Assembly (NCBI GenBank): GCA_951406725.2
Contig: OX597820.1
Span: 69,192,001-69,256,000, forward strand
Source of the DNA: Octopus vulgaris
Taxonomy: Eukaryota
Reading direction: 5' to 3'
Length of the DNA: 64,000 nucleotides
The stretch's first letter is position 1; every line of letters begins with the position of its first letter. A program made the position numbers and the translations under genes. The notes under the pieces are model-generated. The model had not been told where the DNA came from. It saw only the letters and a program-made list of their open reading frames with translations, and did not search any database. Of this stretch, positions 43,267 through 57,555 are shown in pieces.

Positions 43267-43419
43267 CAGTTGAAATTTACAAAAAAGAAAGATGAAGACA
43301 GGTGTGTGAATAACAAGCAGGAGTATTAGTTTCACGCTCGGGAAAGATGAAAATGTCTTCTACGTTTCGAGCCTACGCTCTTCAACAGAAAGAAATAAGA
43401 GAAAATAAACAGAGAGAGA

Positions 43420-43491
<72 letters not shown>

Positions 43492-43649
43492 ACACACACA
43501 CACACATATATATAAATACTCCATCCAGTAAAAGATACAAACCGAAAGAGCCACTAATAGTTTCATGCTTTTATGATACTTTAAATGAGCCATGTATCTC
43601 CAAGCAATCATTCAGGCTCTATATTTAGCTCTCTCGGTTGTGTATTAGA

Positions 43650-43719
<70 letters not shown>

Positions 43720-44065
43720 GAGAGAGAGAGAACAGTTGATTATAAGTCAGAAAAAAAGGACACTCTAAAAGAATTATTGCACAGTTATATTCTGTGTAAT
43801 CTAGTTGAAGGCCCTTGGTTATACAACCAGACTAAAACGGTTAGGAAGTTACCATTGGTTTCACGTCTGCTATCGCACTAGCCATATGCATATATATTTA
43901 TTATCTCTCTCTCTCACACACTTTCTTTTTACTTCTCTCAGTCTCTTCTTTCTCTTCTTTGTGAGTGTGTGTGCTAGATATATACATATAAATAGTAAGG
44001 GATTACCCCAAACGTTTACCGGTTCGCTCTCAGTTAGATATCTAAAATAGGTTAATAAAAATAAT

Positions 44066-44097
<32 letters not shown>

Positions 44098-44159
44098 TAT
44101 AATTACATATAAATACATTAACATATACATGTCTATATATATGTATTTTTATATACGTG

Positions 44160-44198
<39 letters not shown>

Positions 44199-44504
44199 AC
44201 ATGCACATGCATATGTGTGTACGTGTCTTCATCAATGTACTCCCGTTCATTCTTATTCCAATTTATACTCTTCTTAAGCTTTCATCCCTATTATATTTAG
44301 ATCCGTTTTCCACCTTCCCTCCTCCCCTCGGTCCTCCTACTTCTACTTCCTCTCTCCCTCCAACACCTTTTCCGTCTATAAACCTCATTCACCCCCACCC
44401 CCCGCAAAGAAACCCTCTACGACCACCACTACAAAATGTGAACTCCCATCTTCTCCCACTTCAATGCGTTTAGCACCAACCCATTATATTACCACTACGA
44501 GAAG

Positions 44505-44524
44505 CAACAACAACAACAACAACA

Positions 44525-44558
<34 letters not shown>

Positions 44559-44712
44559 TTTGTTTTCTAGTTCATCACTTCACCCATTCTCCTTTACTCT
44601 TCCTGCTTAAAGTAGTGTGGGTAATAGTTATGGTGGTTGTTGCGGTGGTAGTTCTAGTGATGTTGTCGATGATAGTGGTGACAGAGCCAGCGCTGGTGGT
44701 GGCAGTGAAGGC

Positions 44713-44748
<36 letters not shown>

Positions 44749-45253
44749 GGTGGTGGTGCTGTTGGTGGTATTAGAAAAAGAACTTGCAATTATGATGACA
44801 ATGGTATTGATAATAATCTGAAGTTCTATCGCTGGATAGTATTAGTAGTAGTAGTAGTAGTAGTAGTTGAAGTTGGTGTGTGTGTGGTTAATAGAAGCTG
44901 CGGTAGTGCAGCTAATAACCCTACCTATTATACATACAATTGCAACAACAGAGCACAAACACCGCCTTGCCATACCCAAAACTCTACACACACACACACA
45001 CACACAAACACACGCGCACACACACACACACACTCTCACACGCACACACACGCACACACCATTTACCCCCTCCCACACCCCATTCCCCCACCCTACCCGG
45101 TATCGACACTACACAACTCACACGCAGCACACTAGCACCGTACTACACCCCTTCACGATTTCATTCTTCACCTTCATCTACCACCATCATTCTTTGCTCT
45201 CACCACCACCACCACCACCACTACCACTACCACCCCGATAAGTAGTCTTCTTT

Positions 45254-45287
<34 letters not shown>

Positions 45288-45530
45288 CCTTATTATTGTT
45301 ATTATTATTATTATTATTATTGTTGTTGTTGTTATTAGAAGTCGTGGTAGTTAGTTCAAGTGCATCAGTCTTGGGGAAAGGCATGATTGTCACAACGTGA
45401 TTATCTCCCTTCCTACACTTGCCTCTATTTTCTAAAAGCACAAGGGCATTTCTGTATAGTCACACGAAAGATTATCATCGCCACCACCACCACCCCGCCT
45501 CCACAATCACCACCACCAACAACAAGAAAA

Positions 45531-45569
<39 letters not shown>

Positions 45570-45614
45570 CACTGCTGCTGACGTTAGTGTTGCTGCTGCT
45601 AACAATGACACACT

Positions 45615-45646
<32 letters not shown>

Positions 45647-45695
45647 ATCACTACTACTACTACTGCTGCTGCTGCTACTACTACTGCTGCTGCTG

Positions 45696-45768
<73 letters not shown>

Positions 45769-46062
45769 GGCTGCTTTTACTGCTGCTGTTGCTGCTGCTG
45801 CTGCCATCCTTTCCTTGCGCTGCTGAAGTTGCTGCTATTAACACAGCCGCCACCAACACCATTAGCAGCACCACAACCCCCACCTCACTCCCACCACCTC
45901 CTGCTACTAGTACTGCTACCGCTGCTGCTGCTGCTGCTGCTGCTACTACAATTGCTGCTGCTATTGCTGCTGCTGCTACTGCTAATACCACCACCACCGC
46001 CACCGCCATCACTATCAGCATCATCATCACCACCACCACCACTACCACCACCACCACCACCA

Positions 46063-46100
<38 letters not shown>

Positions 46101-46415
46101 ACCACCACCACCGCCATCACATCTACCTCCTGCAATTACTCATTTGCTGGTTTTTCCACTCTGGAGGAGTTTCTTCATCATATGATGTTGACACTGTATC
46201 AATACTTTCCAGCATGAGAACGGTATAATTAGCCGTCTCACAGCCTAATAATTTCTCAGTGTGCTTCCGCCATTTACATCTATCACCACCACCTCCTCCA
46301 ACCAACCAACCAACCAACCAACCGACCAACCAACCGACCGACCAACCAACCAGCATAACCACCACCACCACCACCACCATCATCACCACCTCCTCCATCA
46401 ACAACAACAACAAAA
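44505..46415. repeat. Low-complexity patchwork of (ACT)n/(GCT)n/(ACC)n/(GTA)n/(TTA)n/(ACCA)n
   Basis: Directly visible; produces the homopolymeric ORFs in the track. Confidence 0.95.
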
Positions 46416-47148
46416 ACCGACAAGTGCCGCCATCACCACCGCTCTACCAATATCAACCTCCGGATTGTACGTGCGTTAAACAGTGAGAAAATAACGCCAG
46501 GGTGATAATAAAGAAAAGAAAAAAAAAGTAAGACAACACACACACACACGCACACACACACGCAAGAAAAAAAAAAAAAAAAACTAAAATGAAGGCAAAA
46601 TTATGTTCCCTTCTCTCCCCCTTCTTTTATTTCCCCCCGCCGTCTCCATCAGAGTGTTTGACGGACAGAGACGATGGAAGGGGGATCTTAGACAAGAGAT
46701 TGGTAGGAAATAGGATTGAAGAATAATGAAAGAAAGAGAGAGAAAGAGAGAGAGAGAGAGGAGGAAGGAGTAGAGAGAGTAAGAGAGGTAGAAAGAGATA
46801 GCTAGAGGAAAAAGTTTCTAAATATCTAGCAAAGTGAAGGAGACGCTAATATTCTCTTCCAATTTTCAATGTCTCAGGAAAAAAATAAAAAAATAAATAA
46901 CAACAAAAATAATAGTAACAATGGCGAAAAGAAAAAAAAAAGCTAAAGAAATAAGGGACAAAACAAACAAGCAAAAAAAACCCCGCAAACTCTTATCATC
47001 GTAATGTATTCGATTCGTTTTACCTAGTCCAAAGTTCTTTGTTTATACACGGTAGAGCGGCATTTGCAATATAAAATATATATAGATACAAACACACACC
47101 GTATATACTTGCATACATACATACAACACACACTCGCACACACACATA

Positions 47149-47213
<65 letters not shown>

Positions 47214-47401
47214 GCATATGAGTATTGTTTGAAGAAATCATAGAAATTCAAGCGAACAGAACTGAACAACGGATGCTGAAGCAGAGAGCTAGGAAAAGCT
47301 TTCAAGTTAGTTTGTGCTTGTGTTTTTGCGGCTGCGGCGCGCGGTCGTAGTTTGAACAATATATATATATATACATACATACATACATATTTATATGTAT
47401 G

Positions 47402-47470
<69 letters not shown>

Positions 47471-47869
47471 AGAGGTTTGTGTGTATTTATATGTATATGC
47501 ATATATGCATATATGCATGTATATACGCACGTATATCGCAAAATATTCGGAGGCTTTTATCACGAGAATGTAACTGAAATAATTTTTAAAGAGAAGAAAT
47601 GACAAAAAAAAAAAAAATAAGATGGAATACAATAAAAAGCGTAGAGGGAAAGAGATACATCAAGGTAGAACGTTATAATATATATCGTTTTAGGGTCAAC
47701 CCGCTGTATTTATTTCCTCATACCTAAAGATATAAATGTGAGTATATGTACCACATTTGTACATATATCTGCATGTTTATATGTGTCTGTGCATGTATGT
47801 GTATGTGTATGTTTGATATATATTTATACAGGATCACCTGTGTATGTATGTATATATGTATGTATGTTC

Positions 47870-47946
<77 letters not shown>

Positions 47947-48269
47947 CATAGATAGATAGATAGACTGCGTACAGGGAAGGGCTAGCAAAAAGGGAGAAAC
48001 ACGCGTAGCCGGAAAGACACACATACACACACACAAATACACGCAAACACACAAACATAAACACTAAGGTATCAATGATGTGAAGTACAGGAAAATCAAA
48101 CTAGGGGAAATATAAAGCAAAAAATATGATTAAATAGCAGAAAAATTCACACCTAGGAAAACGCAAACATACATATAGGTGTACACGCATACACATGTAC
48201 AATATGAATTTTATATATATCTAGATAGATATATAACGTTGTTTGTGTATGTATATATACAAGTGTGTA

Positions 48270-48304
<35 letters not shown>

Positions 48305-48309
48305 AGATG

Positions 48310-48375
<66 letters not shown>

Positions 48376-48886
48376 CAGACATATAGATGTGTGTGTGAGG
48401 TAGAATGATTGTATTCAGTTGAAGGGAGGAAACACTGAAAAGTTTATTCAGAAAATTCTAATGCATCAACGAAGTTTAATTTGAAGGGAAAAGGAAAATA
48501 TGAACAAAACAAGAAAAAAATCAAAAACAAAAACAACGAAAGGAAAACTGATGAAATAATAAAAAAATACATGAAAATTTTTGAAAATGAAATAGTTTGT
48601 AAATATAGCGAGTATTAGATATATGTACTCGCGTGTTTGGAAGAATTTATAGAAATAGCTGAAGAAAGTTTTAGAAGGTTCCTTACTACATTGAATAATA
48701 AAGTTGTGAATTATGAAAATAGAGAATCATGTATGTGATATCGAAGTATATATTTATTCTTAGATGTGTCTTTGGTCTTTTCTTGCAAAACGGAATTTAT
48801 AAATCATGGGAAAGCTTTGTAAAGTTTGTATAGAATTTCTGTGAATATCAGAAATGCTGAATGCAATGCACAAAGCAGAGGGATAC

Positions 48887-48934
<48 letters not shown>

Positions 48935-49090
48935 CAGCTTATAACCACTGTGTGTGAAGGTGTATGCGTGAGCGAGTGTGTGCGCGTGAATACTGAAGTA
49001 TAAGGAATATGTTTGTGTGTGTGTGTGTGTGTGTGTGCGTGTGTATATATATAGAGAGATAGATAGATAGATAGATATATAGATAAATAA

Positions 49091-49163
<73 letters not shown>

Positions 49164-49168
49164 GCTGT

Positions 49169-49362
49169 CGGCAAGCTGGCAGAAACGTTAGCACGTCGGG
49201 CGAAATTTATTAACGTCTGTCGATACGTTCTGAGTTCAAATTCCGCCGAGGTCGACTTTGCCTTTCATCCTTTCGGGGTCGATTAAATAATCGACTTAAC
49301 CAGTTTGTGTCTACTGGTTTGTCCCCTCTTTGTGTAGCCCCTTGTGAGCAGTAAAGGAATAA
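49169..49362 (+). mobile_element. tRNA-derived SINE family B inserted in a (GATA)n tract
   Basis: AGCTGGCAGAAACGTTAGCACG...GAGTTCAAATTCCGCCGAGGTCGACTTTGCCTTTCATCCTTTCGGGGTCGAT, with GATA repeats on both sides. Confidence 0.92.
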
Positions 49363-49531
49363 GATAGATAGACAGATAGACGTAAATACATAAATACATA
49401 CATGCATACATACATAGAACTAAACGTGTGTGTGTGTCCGCGCGCGTATATGAGACGGTACCAGAGCATGACGGCAGTCAAAAGGACTCAAAGAAAAGAT
49501 TACACACACACACACAGAGGAGCACACATAA

Positions 49532-49579
<48 letters not shown>

Positions 49580-49752
49580 GGCGCAGGTATAGCAGTGTGG
49601 TAAGTAGTTTGCTTACCAGCCACATGGTTACAGGTTCAGTCCCACTGCGTGGCACCTTGGGCAAGTGTCTTCTACTATAGCCTTGGGCCGACCAAAGCTT
49701 TGTGAGTGGATTTGGTAGGCGGAAACTGAAAGAAGACCGCCGTATATATGTA

Positions 49753-49815
<63 letters not shown>

Positions 49816-50031
49816 TTGTTTATGTGTCTGTGTTTGTACTCCCTAAATCGCTTGAGAACCGATGTTGATTTGTTTACGTCCCCGTAAACTAGCGGTTCAG
49901 CAAAAGAGACCGATGGAATAAGTACTAGACTTACAAAGAATAAGTCCTGGGGTCGATTTGTTTGATTAAAGGCAATGCTCCAGCATGGCAGCGGTCAAAT
50001 GACTAAAACCAATAAAAAAAGAATAAAAGAA
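49580..50031 (+). mobile_element. tRNA-derived SINE family A, full length
   Basis: Head GGCGCAGG, B box GGTTCAGTCCC, internal (TA)n(TG)n and an A-rich tail; flanked by (TA)n. Confidence 0.93.
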
Positions 50032-50041
50032 TAAATAAATA

Positions 50042-50082
<41 letters not shown>

Positions 50083-50154
50083 GTGCGTTGTATACGCATA
50101 TTTACTCCGCAATTTGTAAGTGCTTGCGTCTACTCTCATAGATATATGTGTTTA

Positions 50155-50215
<61 letters not shown>

Positions 50216-50621
50216 CCTCTACAAATACTCCATACATAACCTCATATACATGCATATATTTGTATGCCCATGCAGTGACATGCACGCCTTTCTAAAAGTA
50301 GAAAGGCAAAGTAAGAACAGCAAGGCGCGCACCTCATTTACTTTCGTGCGTGTTTGTGTCTGTGTGTGTGTGTACGTGTGTGTGCGTGTGTCAGTGTCTG
50401 TGCGTGTGTGTGTGTGTGTGTGTCTGTGTGTGTATTTTTCTTTCAATTCTCGATCAACTTTTAGCGGCACCGTTGTACTATTTAGCATGTCCTGGGCGCC
50501 TGCAGCAAGCGGGGCATATACCGATCAGGTGTGGTTATACGCAGATGGTTTATATCACTGTGGGAGGGGCTGGAATCGGCTCCACGAACGAACAATTTCT
50601 GTATTGGGTCCGTGAAGACAA

Positions 50622-50731
50622 ATGGCAAAGGTTACCACGCCGGAATCTGATCACGAAATGTTGGGAGCCGGAGCGGATAATTCAATTGTACGTTCTATCG
50701 GACGCTCTAAAAGACAAAACCTTGCTGCTGG
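50622..50731 (+). CDS. Candidate alternative first coding exon (MAKVTTPESDHEMLGAGADNSIVRSIGRSKRQNLAA-G, phase 2)
   Basis: Lies in a GC- and CpG-rich unique island (50440-50790). Thirty-six codons plus GG precede the donor GG|GTAATT, and the frame hits TAA just inside the putative intron. No homology recognised. Confidence 0.4.
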
Positions 50732-51230
50732 GTAATTCTGGTCTTCTCTGTGCGGTTGAAGTGTTTGTTATGTTGTACTAAATCAAGTGTATGTGTGTGC
50801 TTTTGTGTAAAATTCTCTCTGAGTCTCTCAATTTCACTCTCTCAATTCCCAGACATCACTCACATACACACATACGCGCGCGCGCACTGTCACAGAGAAT
50901 ACTGGCCAATTTATTCATAATGGCCCTGGAAGGTTTGAGTAAGATTTGAACTGCGAATATAGAAACTCATTGGTAAATAAGTTGTAAGACATGAAAATAC
51001 CCTTGGTACCAAGTTAACGTTTCGATAATCTGGTGAATGCCAATTACTGTAATTAATGAATTTGCCTCTGCATATTTGGTAATAGATGGTAATTAGGTAA
51101 AAAATACCAGTCGTGTCAGGTATTTTGTGGACTCGGCTATACATCTGGAACCTTTAGTTCCTTTTTTCGAACTGGTTATTAGACATCGCCGGAACTTACG
51201 GAGATCAATGTCTATCTAAAGTTATCTTTA

Positions 51231-51720
<490 letters not shown>

Positions 51721-52399
51721 TGCTTCATTTCCCGATCACCTTCTTCTGGATTTGATCCAACTGGGCGCCAACTTGGGCAAATGCTGTTTCGCATAGTTTC
51801 ACGAGGACCCAAATTTTTTAGTTAAACTGGGTCGAGGGAAACTGTGATGAAGCTCGTTTGATGAACTGGGGATTATATTAAGAATGTTCGTAGTGAAACA
51901 TATTATTTATTGTCTGCTGTCCACAAGGTGAGACACAGAATGTACGAGATTGAATAAGTTCGCCCACAACAGCGAGTTCCATGGTTCTATCCCGTTGCAT
52001 GGCCGCTGGAAGACTTAAAATTGTCAGTGGAAGAGAGTAGATGGAAACAGTGCAGTACCAGTTATTACAGAGGTCCAGCTTAGTGACACATTAAGCCATA
52101 CGGATTCTCTCCAATGATTACCTTAAGGGTACGCGTGTCTATGATATACCCAGCCGCTTACTCCTTAATTCAACGCGCACACACATTCCCCACGCGCGCT
52201 ATCCCCTATGTATGCATATATGTATGTATGTATGTATTACATATGCAGATGTAGAGAGAAAGAGAAAGAGAGGGAGAGACAGAGAAAGAGTGAGAGGCAG
52301 ACAGATACACTCACACACATGCATACATATATACACTGTGAGAGAAAGACAAAGAGAGTAGTTTTATATTTTATATATATATATATGTATATATATGTG

Positions 52400-52452
<53 letters not shown>

Positions 52453-52575
52453 GTATATATAAAGTTCAACCATAATAAACACCAGACCTCACTCAGCTCT
52501 ACAGGCAAAAGGAAATGTGGCGGGGGTTTTGGCTGCCATGTTTTACCCCCTAGCGACAGAAACGACGAAAGTGAA

Positions 52576-52659
52576 ATGAAATGTCTACCATCAGGAATGT
52601 TAAACCGGGTCGTCGCAGACTTTCAACGCCCGAAGCTGGGAACTGACTTCGGTTTTATG
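52576..52659 (+). CDS. Candidate alternative first coding exon (MKCLPSGMLNRVVADFQRPKLGTDFGFM, phase 0)
   Basis: Lies in a unique GC-richer island (52480-52725) with donor ATG|GTAGGC. Short upstream ORFs are present. No homology recognised. Confidence 0.25.
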
Positions 52660-53534
52660 GTAGGCATCACAAATTCCAGTCGCATCCCAAGTTTGGGAAC
52701 CTGGAATTATTATTGGATAACCGTAAAAATAATAAATATATAAATAATATTTTTTTTTAAATTATGAAAAGTAGAAGTAAAACAACTAAAGCAAGAAAAA
52801 AAAAGATGGTGGGTTGGTGAGGGAAAAAGAAATAGAGGGAGTAAAAGATGGTGATTCAGTGAAAGAGGGAGGGGGATAGAATGAAGGAGAGAATAGGAAG
52901 GGAGAGCGAAGGTGAAGAGGAGAGGAGGAGGAGCAGAAGAAGTAGAAGTAGTAGGAGGAAGAAACGAGAGAGGTTTTGTGCTCTTGACTAACGTAATCAT
53001 ACAGACGTATGCAAACTTATAAGCGTGCACACATGCACACATACATGCGCAGACACAGATACACAGACACACACACACACACACACACACACAGAGCATG
53101 AATATGCATATGTACACTCGTGCATACATATGTATGACATGGGCGCGCACGTGTGTGCAAGATGGAAATTCATACTTTTAAACACATAAGCATACAGAAA
53201 GGCCACACTGAGCACACATGTGCACTTATCCATGCAGATGTATATGTGAGTGTGTACGTATCTAGTGTGCAGATTACAAGCACACACACACACACAAATA
53301 TATATATCATTGGTCTGTGTATCTAGATATGCATATACGTATATATGCGCACGCGTTTATGCAAAAATATAAAAAAATAAATTCCGATATATGTGTGTGT
53401 ACATATATATGCAGATACTCATCTCTCTCTCTCTCTCTATATATATATGTGTATATGTATATATGTATGTTTGAATGAACTCATAAACGTGGGTTTATAT
53501 ATGTAAATATATATATATATATATATATATGCAG

Positions 53535-53587
<53 letters not shown>

Positions 53588-53739
53588 TATGCATATATGG
53601 TTGCTTTTATTCATTCATATGCATATATGTATTCGACCATGTAAACAGACACGAAAAAAAATTTGGCTCTCAGTAACTAAACATAATAAAGTTTAACCCA
53701 AAAACTAAAATATATTAAATTCTTGTACTCCCACTTCAG

Positions 53740-54060
53740 TTGCTTGTAGAATTACCATTCTTCTCCTTCCACCGTATAACTCTTACTTATTCGGTTGCAG
53801 TTTTCAGGAGAATGGGATACGCATGCGTACTGCGATTCCGTTGGAATTTGTCGCCACCGCCCACACTAGTAGCTTGTTGAAGAAGCGCCTGTTTGTTAAA
53901 TATCATGTAATGATATGAATCCAAAACATTGGAGTGATATATGTGTTCTCGGCTCTCCTACACGCAGTTTATATTCCCGGCTCACAGAGGCAGCTTGTCT
54001 TGTTCTATTATCGTGCTAACAACACTCGTCGGATTGCAAATCGGTTTTGGAAAAATGTTA
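53740..54060. promoter_or_regulatory. Unique CpG-containing island with NRF1-like palindrome and GC box
   Basis: Perfect 12-bp palindrome TACGCATGCGTA at 53818-53829 and CCACCGCCCAC at ~53854. Confidence 0.3.
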
Positions 54061-54094
54061 CGCTTTACTTATTACATGCATATATAGGTATATA

Positions 54095-54136
<42 letters not shown>

Positions 54137-54197
54137 TTTGTATACATAAGTACATGAATACACACACATACACATAGAATATTTTTGGCACCGGCTC

Positions 54198-54239
<42 letters not shown>

Positions 54240-54521
54240 TATATATACATATATATAACGTGTTGTCAGTGGAACGCTTAAACACGGGCGACTGTAAAAG
54301 AGAACCACGCACGCATACATATAGATACATACGTACACACATTCATAAATGCACCCGCTAGTATACATGTATACTAAACTGGTTAGGAATACTCGGAGTT
54401 TTACAAAAATACAAATTGCACCTATTCAGTGAACCCTTGTAATAGGACATACATTTATGAATACAAGTTTTATATAATTATATACATATATATATCCCCA
54501 AGACCTTGCACACACCCACAA

Positions 54522-54580
<59 letters not shown>

Positions 54581-54661
54581 CATACAAGAAGACATGAATA
54601 CATACCTACACACATTCTTATGCTTTTTATAATACGCATTGATTTTACAATTTGTTTGTGA

Positions 54662-54701
<40 letters not shown>

Positions 54702-55444
54702 CTATTCATTTATTTGTGAGCTTACATAGTATAATATAACTGTTTATACCAGAAGTTTGAATTATTTCATAATTATTTAACTTATTTAGAAAAAGGGATA
54801 ATTTAAGTAGTTAACGTAATTATTTGCTGTCTGTAGAATGTGGGAATTTTTACATTTTATTTATTTCCGAATAAGCTAATTTTTTACTTCATTTCAACAA
54901 GTCAAAAAGTTATTTTTAAAACGTCAGTTATGTAATATGTTTCTCACAAAGTCTCGTCTTAAAATATCATTTAATATAGATATTTTCACTATATATTTCG
55001 CAGTTCTAGAATTATTTTTTTTTAGATGTAATGCAAAACATGATATTACATTAAATTAAAATATTAAAATATATAGTGTAAATTTTAAAACGTCACACTC
55101 TATAACATAGAATATACTCTTTAAAAATATATTTCATATATATATATAAAGGTAAAAAAATCTTCCAATTTAAATTATATGAAATCTAACTATAGAAAAA
55201 ATAATATATTTTGTAAGTGTTGAATGAAGAGAAATGTTTAAATATATAGTCATATATGCTAGTTAAATACATCGAATCTAGTGCATATATATATATAATT
55301 TAAGACATGGACATATGCAAAAATATATGTAATACATACAGATATAATTTAACAATTTATTGAAATAACGCGCCAATATCCATTTTAGAAATTAAAGCTT
55401 GAAACAAATGATTATGAGTTAGTCATTAACTCGTCCTCCTCCTT

Positions 55445-55494
<50 letters not shown>

Positions 55495-55910
55495 TATTGT
55501 TATTATAATAACACAACCTCCGGGTTAACGGTTCTCTCCGCCGGCAATGCTTTTGACTAAATGCATATTGATAATGATACTGGCAAAAACATGAAAGTCA
55601 CAAATTCAATATTTGTTACCTAAACACAAAATATTTCTTAACCTAATCAAACTGAAATTCCTCTATTATATTGGCGAGCTTATAAATATATGTATATAGA
55701 TATATATATATAATTCAAATAAGATATAAGTAACACCTTAGTGTGGAGTAATTCACGGAGCGGTTTCGAATCACACCCAAGGCGATTTCGAAGCCGATCA
55801 ATTACTTCAACATGCTAATGTGTTTCAGAAAAGCATGAAAGCCACATAACTGACAACTGTGCGGCATTAATAATATATCCAACTTACATATTTTTGATGG
55901 GTTGGACGTC

Positions 55911-55939
55911 ATGGAGCAATTGACCCTCTGCTTATCTAG
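55911..55939 (+). CDS. Candidate short first coding exon (MEQLTLCLS-R/S, phase 2)
   Basis: Start context GTCATGG and a good donor TAG|GTATGT at 55939/55940, at the end of a unique island with an upstream hairpin. The junction could alternatively be a recursive site. Confidence 0.3.
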
Positions 55940-57438
55940 GTATGTTACGATCTTAATAAATTTGAGGATTCTTTGTTCTACGCGGAATATAAACTTCGCC
56001 TACCCTTACACCAAAGTCGATAAACGATAAAAGTGTTTTTTTTAAATTTCTATTTTGTTTTTTTTTACCGCGGTTATTTTAGTTAGAAAATGGTGGGGTT
56101 CCCGCAAAAACCCAAATTAATACTTGTGCCTTATAAATTATATTATTACGAAAAGAATCGTCATTAACCTAATCAACAGTATTATTTTTATTATTATCAT
56201 TTTTATATTTATCATTATAATAAACTGTGGGCCCGATAAAATTGCATATTCTTTAAATATTGCTTATATTTAAAGATGCTTTATGATATGATTTTAGCAT
56301 GTTAAATAATTATGTTATATCTTACTTACGCTTGATGAAAGTTTAAAACTTTGGGGTTTTTTTCCCGTTATGTTTAAAGATTTCGATCATATATTTTCAA
56401 ATTTCGTTGTATAGTTTAAAATTCAAAAGCGTGTTGAAAGCGTAACACTCGAACGTATGGAAAGCAGAATACTATTAATTGATGTAACTCAATTTAATTT
56501 AAATAGTATATTTAAATGATCAGTGTATTTAGTTAAATTTCAATAGAGTATTTGAATACATTTTGAAAATATTTAACACGCTGAAAGAAATTAAAACTTT
56601 GAGAATTTTTTTTTAGTTTATCAACAAAATTTTTGGTTTATAATAAGCGTAAAAATATAATAAACAAACAGCAAAATAAATAAACAAAAGCACTAAGACA
56701 AAATATTAAAATGCAACAATAAAAACGCAACTAAGGCCTCAGGTAAACTTAGTCATATATATTCAACCATATATTTACGCATAAATACACTAAAATGTGT
56801 AAACACATTTCTACATATATCCAGACACAAAAGCGCATTAATAGTCGTAACATACATATAAACAGATGCACAAATGCCATCATAGATATATGTATAAAGC
56901 AGACTAGAGTAAGAAAATTGAACAGCAACCAAAATATATCAAAACAATCACAACGACAACAGCATCATCATCAACAGCAACAACAACCACAAAGGCATAC
57001 AAACTTCTGCTCCAACCAAAGTAAATATATATATCTTAACAACGCGTCGGCTTCTGTCTCACCTATCGACACCAACAGAACGGCAATCTACTGCTAAGAA
57101 CCGATAAACTCCCACAACTTCTTATATTTACTTCTACTACTACTACTACACCTAATAATACAACTAGTTATTACGACTGTGGCTACTACCATTACGGCTA
57201 TCAGCAGCACCACCACCACCACTATTAGTGCTACTGCTCCCTGGTTCTGCTACTGCTGATGTTGCTGCTACTACTACAACTACCGCTACAAAGTCAGCGA
57301 TAAACAAAACACGAGATTATATTCGGTGTACAGTTGAAGAATTCTCTACTAATCTGTTTAATATTTTTATTACCCTTATCGTTATCATTTTTAAATTTTG
57401 GGTATTTGTGTGCATATTCACAACGGAAAATTGTTTCA

Positions 57439-57555
57439 ATGTATGATTTGGATGCAAGCAGCGCCTATCCCGGGCCGTACAGTACCCCGGGCGGCAATCA
57501 AAAACTATTCCGATACTTTATGGATGAAGATGTGCGCTGGACAAATACAGAAATG
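57439..57555 (+). CDS. Candidate first coding exon (MYDLDASSAYPGPYSTPGGNQKLFRYFMDEDVRWTNTEM, phase 0; overlapping frame from 57443 is phase 2)
   Basis: Sharply bounded GC/CpG-rich block in very AT-rich flanks, with a protein-like translation. Composition drops exactly at a weak donor ATG|GTATAC. A strong acceptor TTTCTTTTTTACAG ends at 57729. Confidence 0.45.

Noticed and set aside
45419-46217. Ala/Thr/Pro-rich ORFs resembling a mucin or antifreeze protein
   Set aside because: Nearly all frames on both strands are open because of pure trinucleotide repeats, and there are no splice signals or codon diversity.
57439-57555. Assigning a gene name (for example Cav beta, ETS/pointed or p63) from short motif resemblances
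   Set aside because: The matches are only 3-6 residues and mutually inconsistent, and no constant exon lies in the window.
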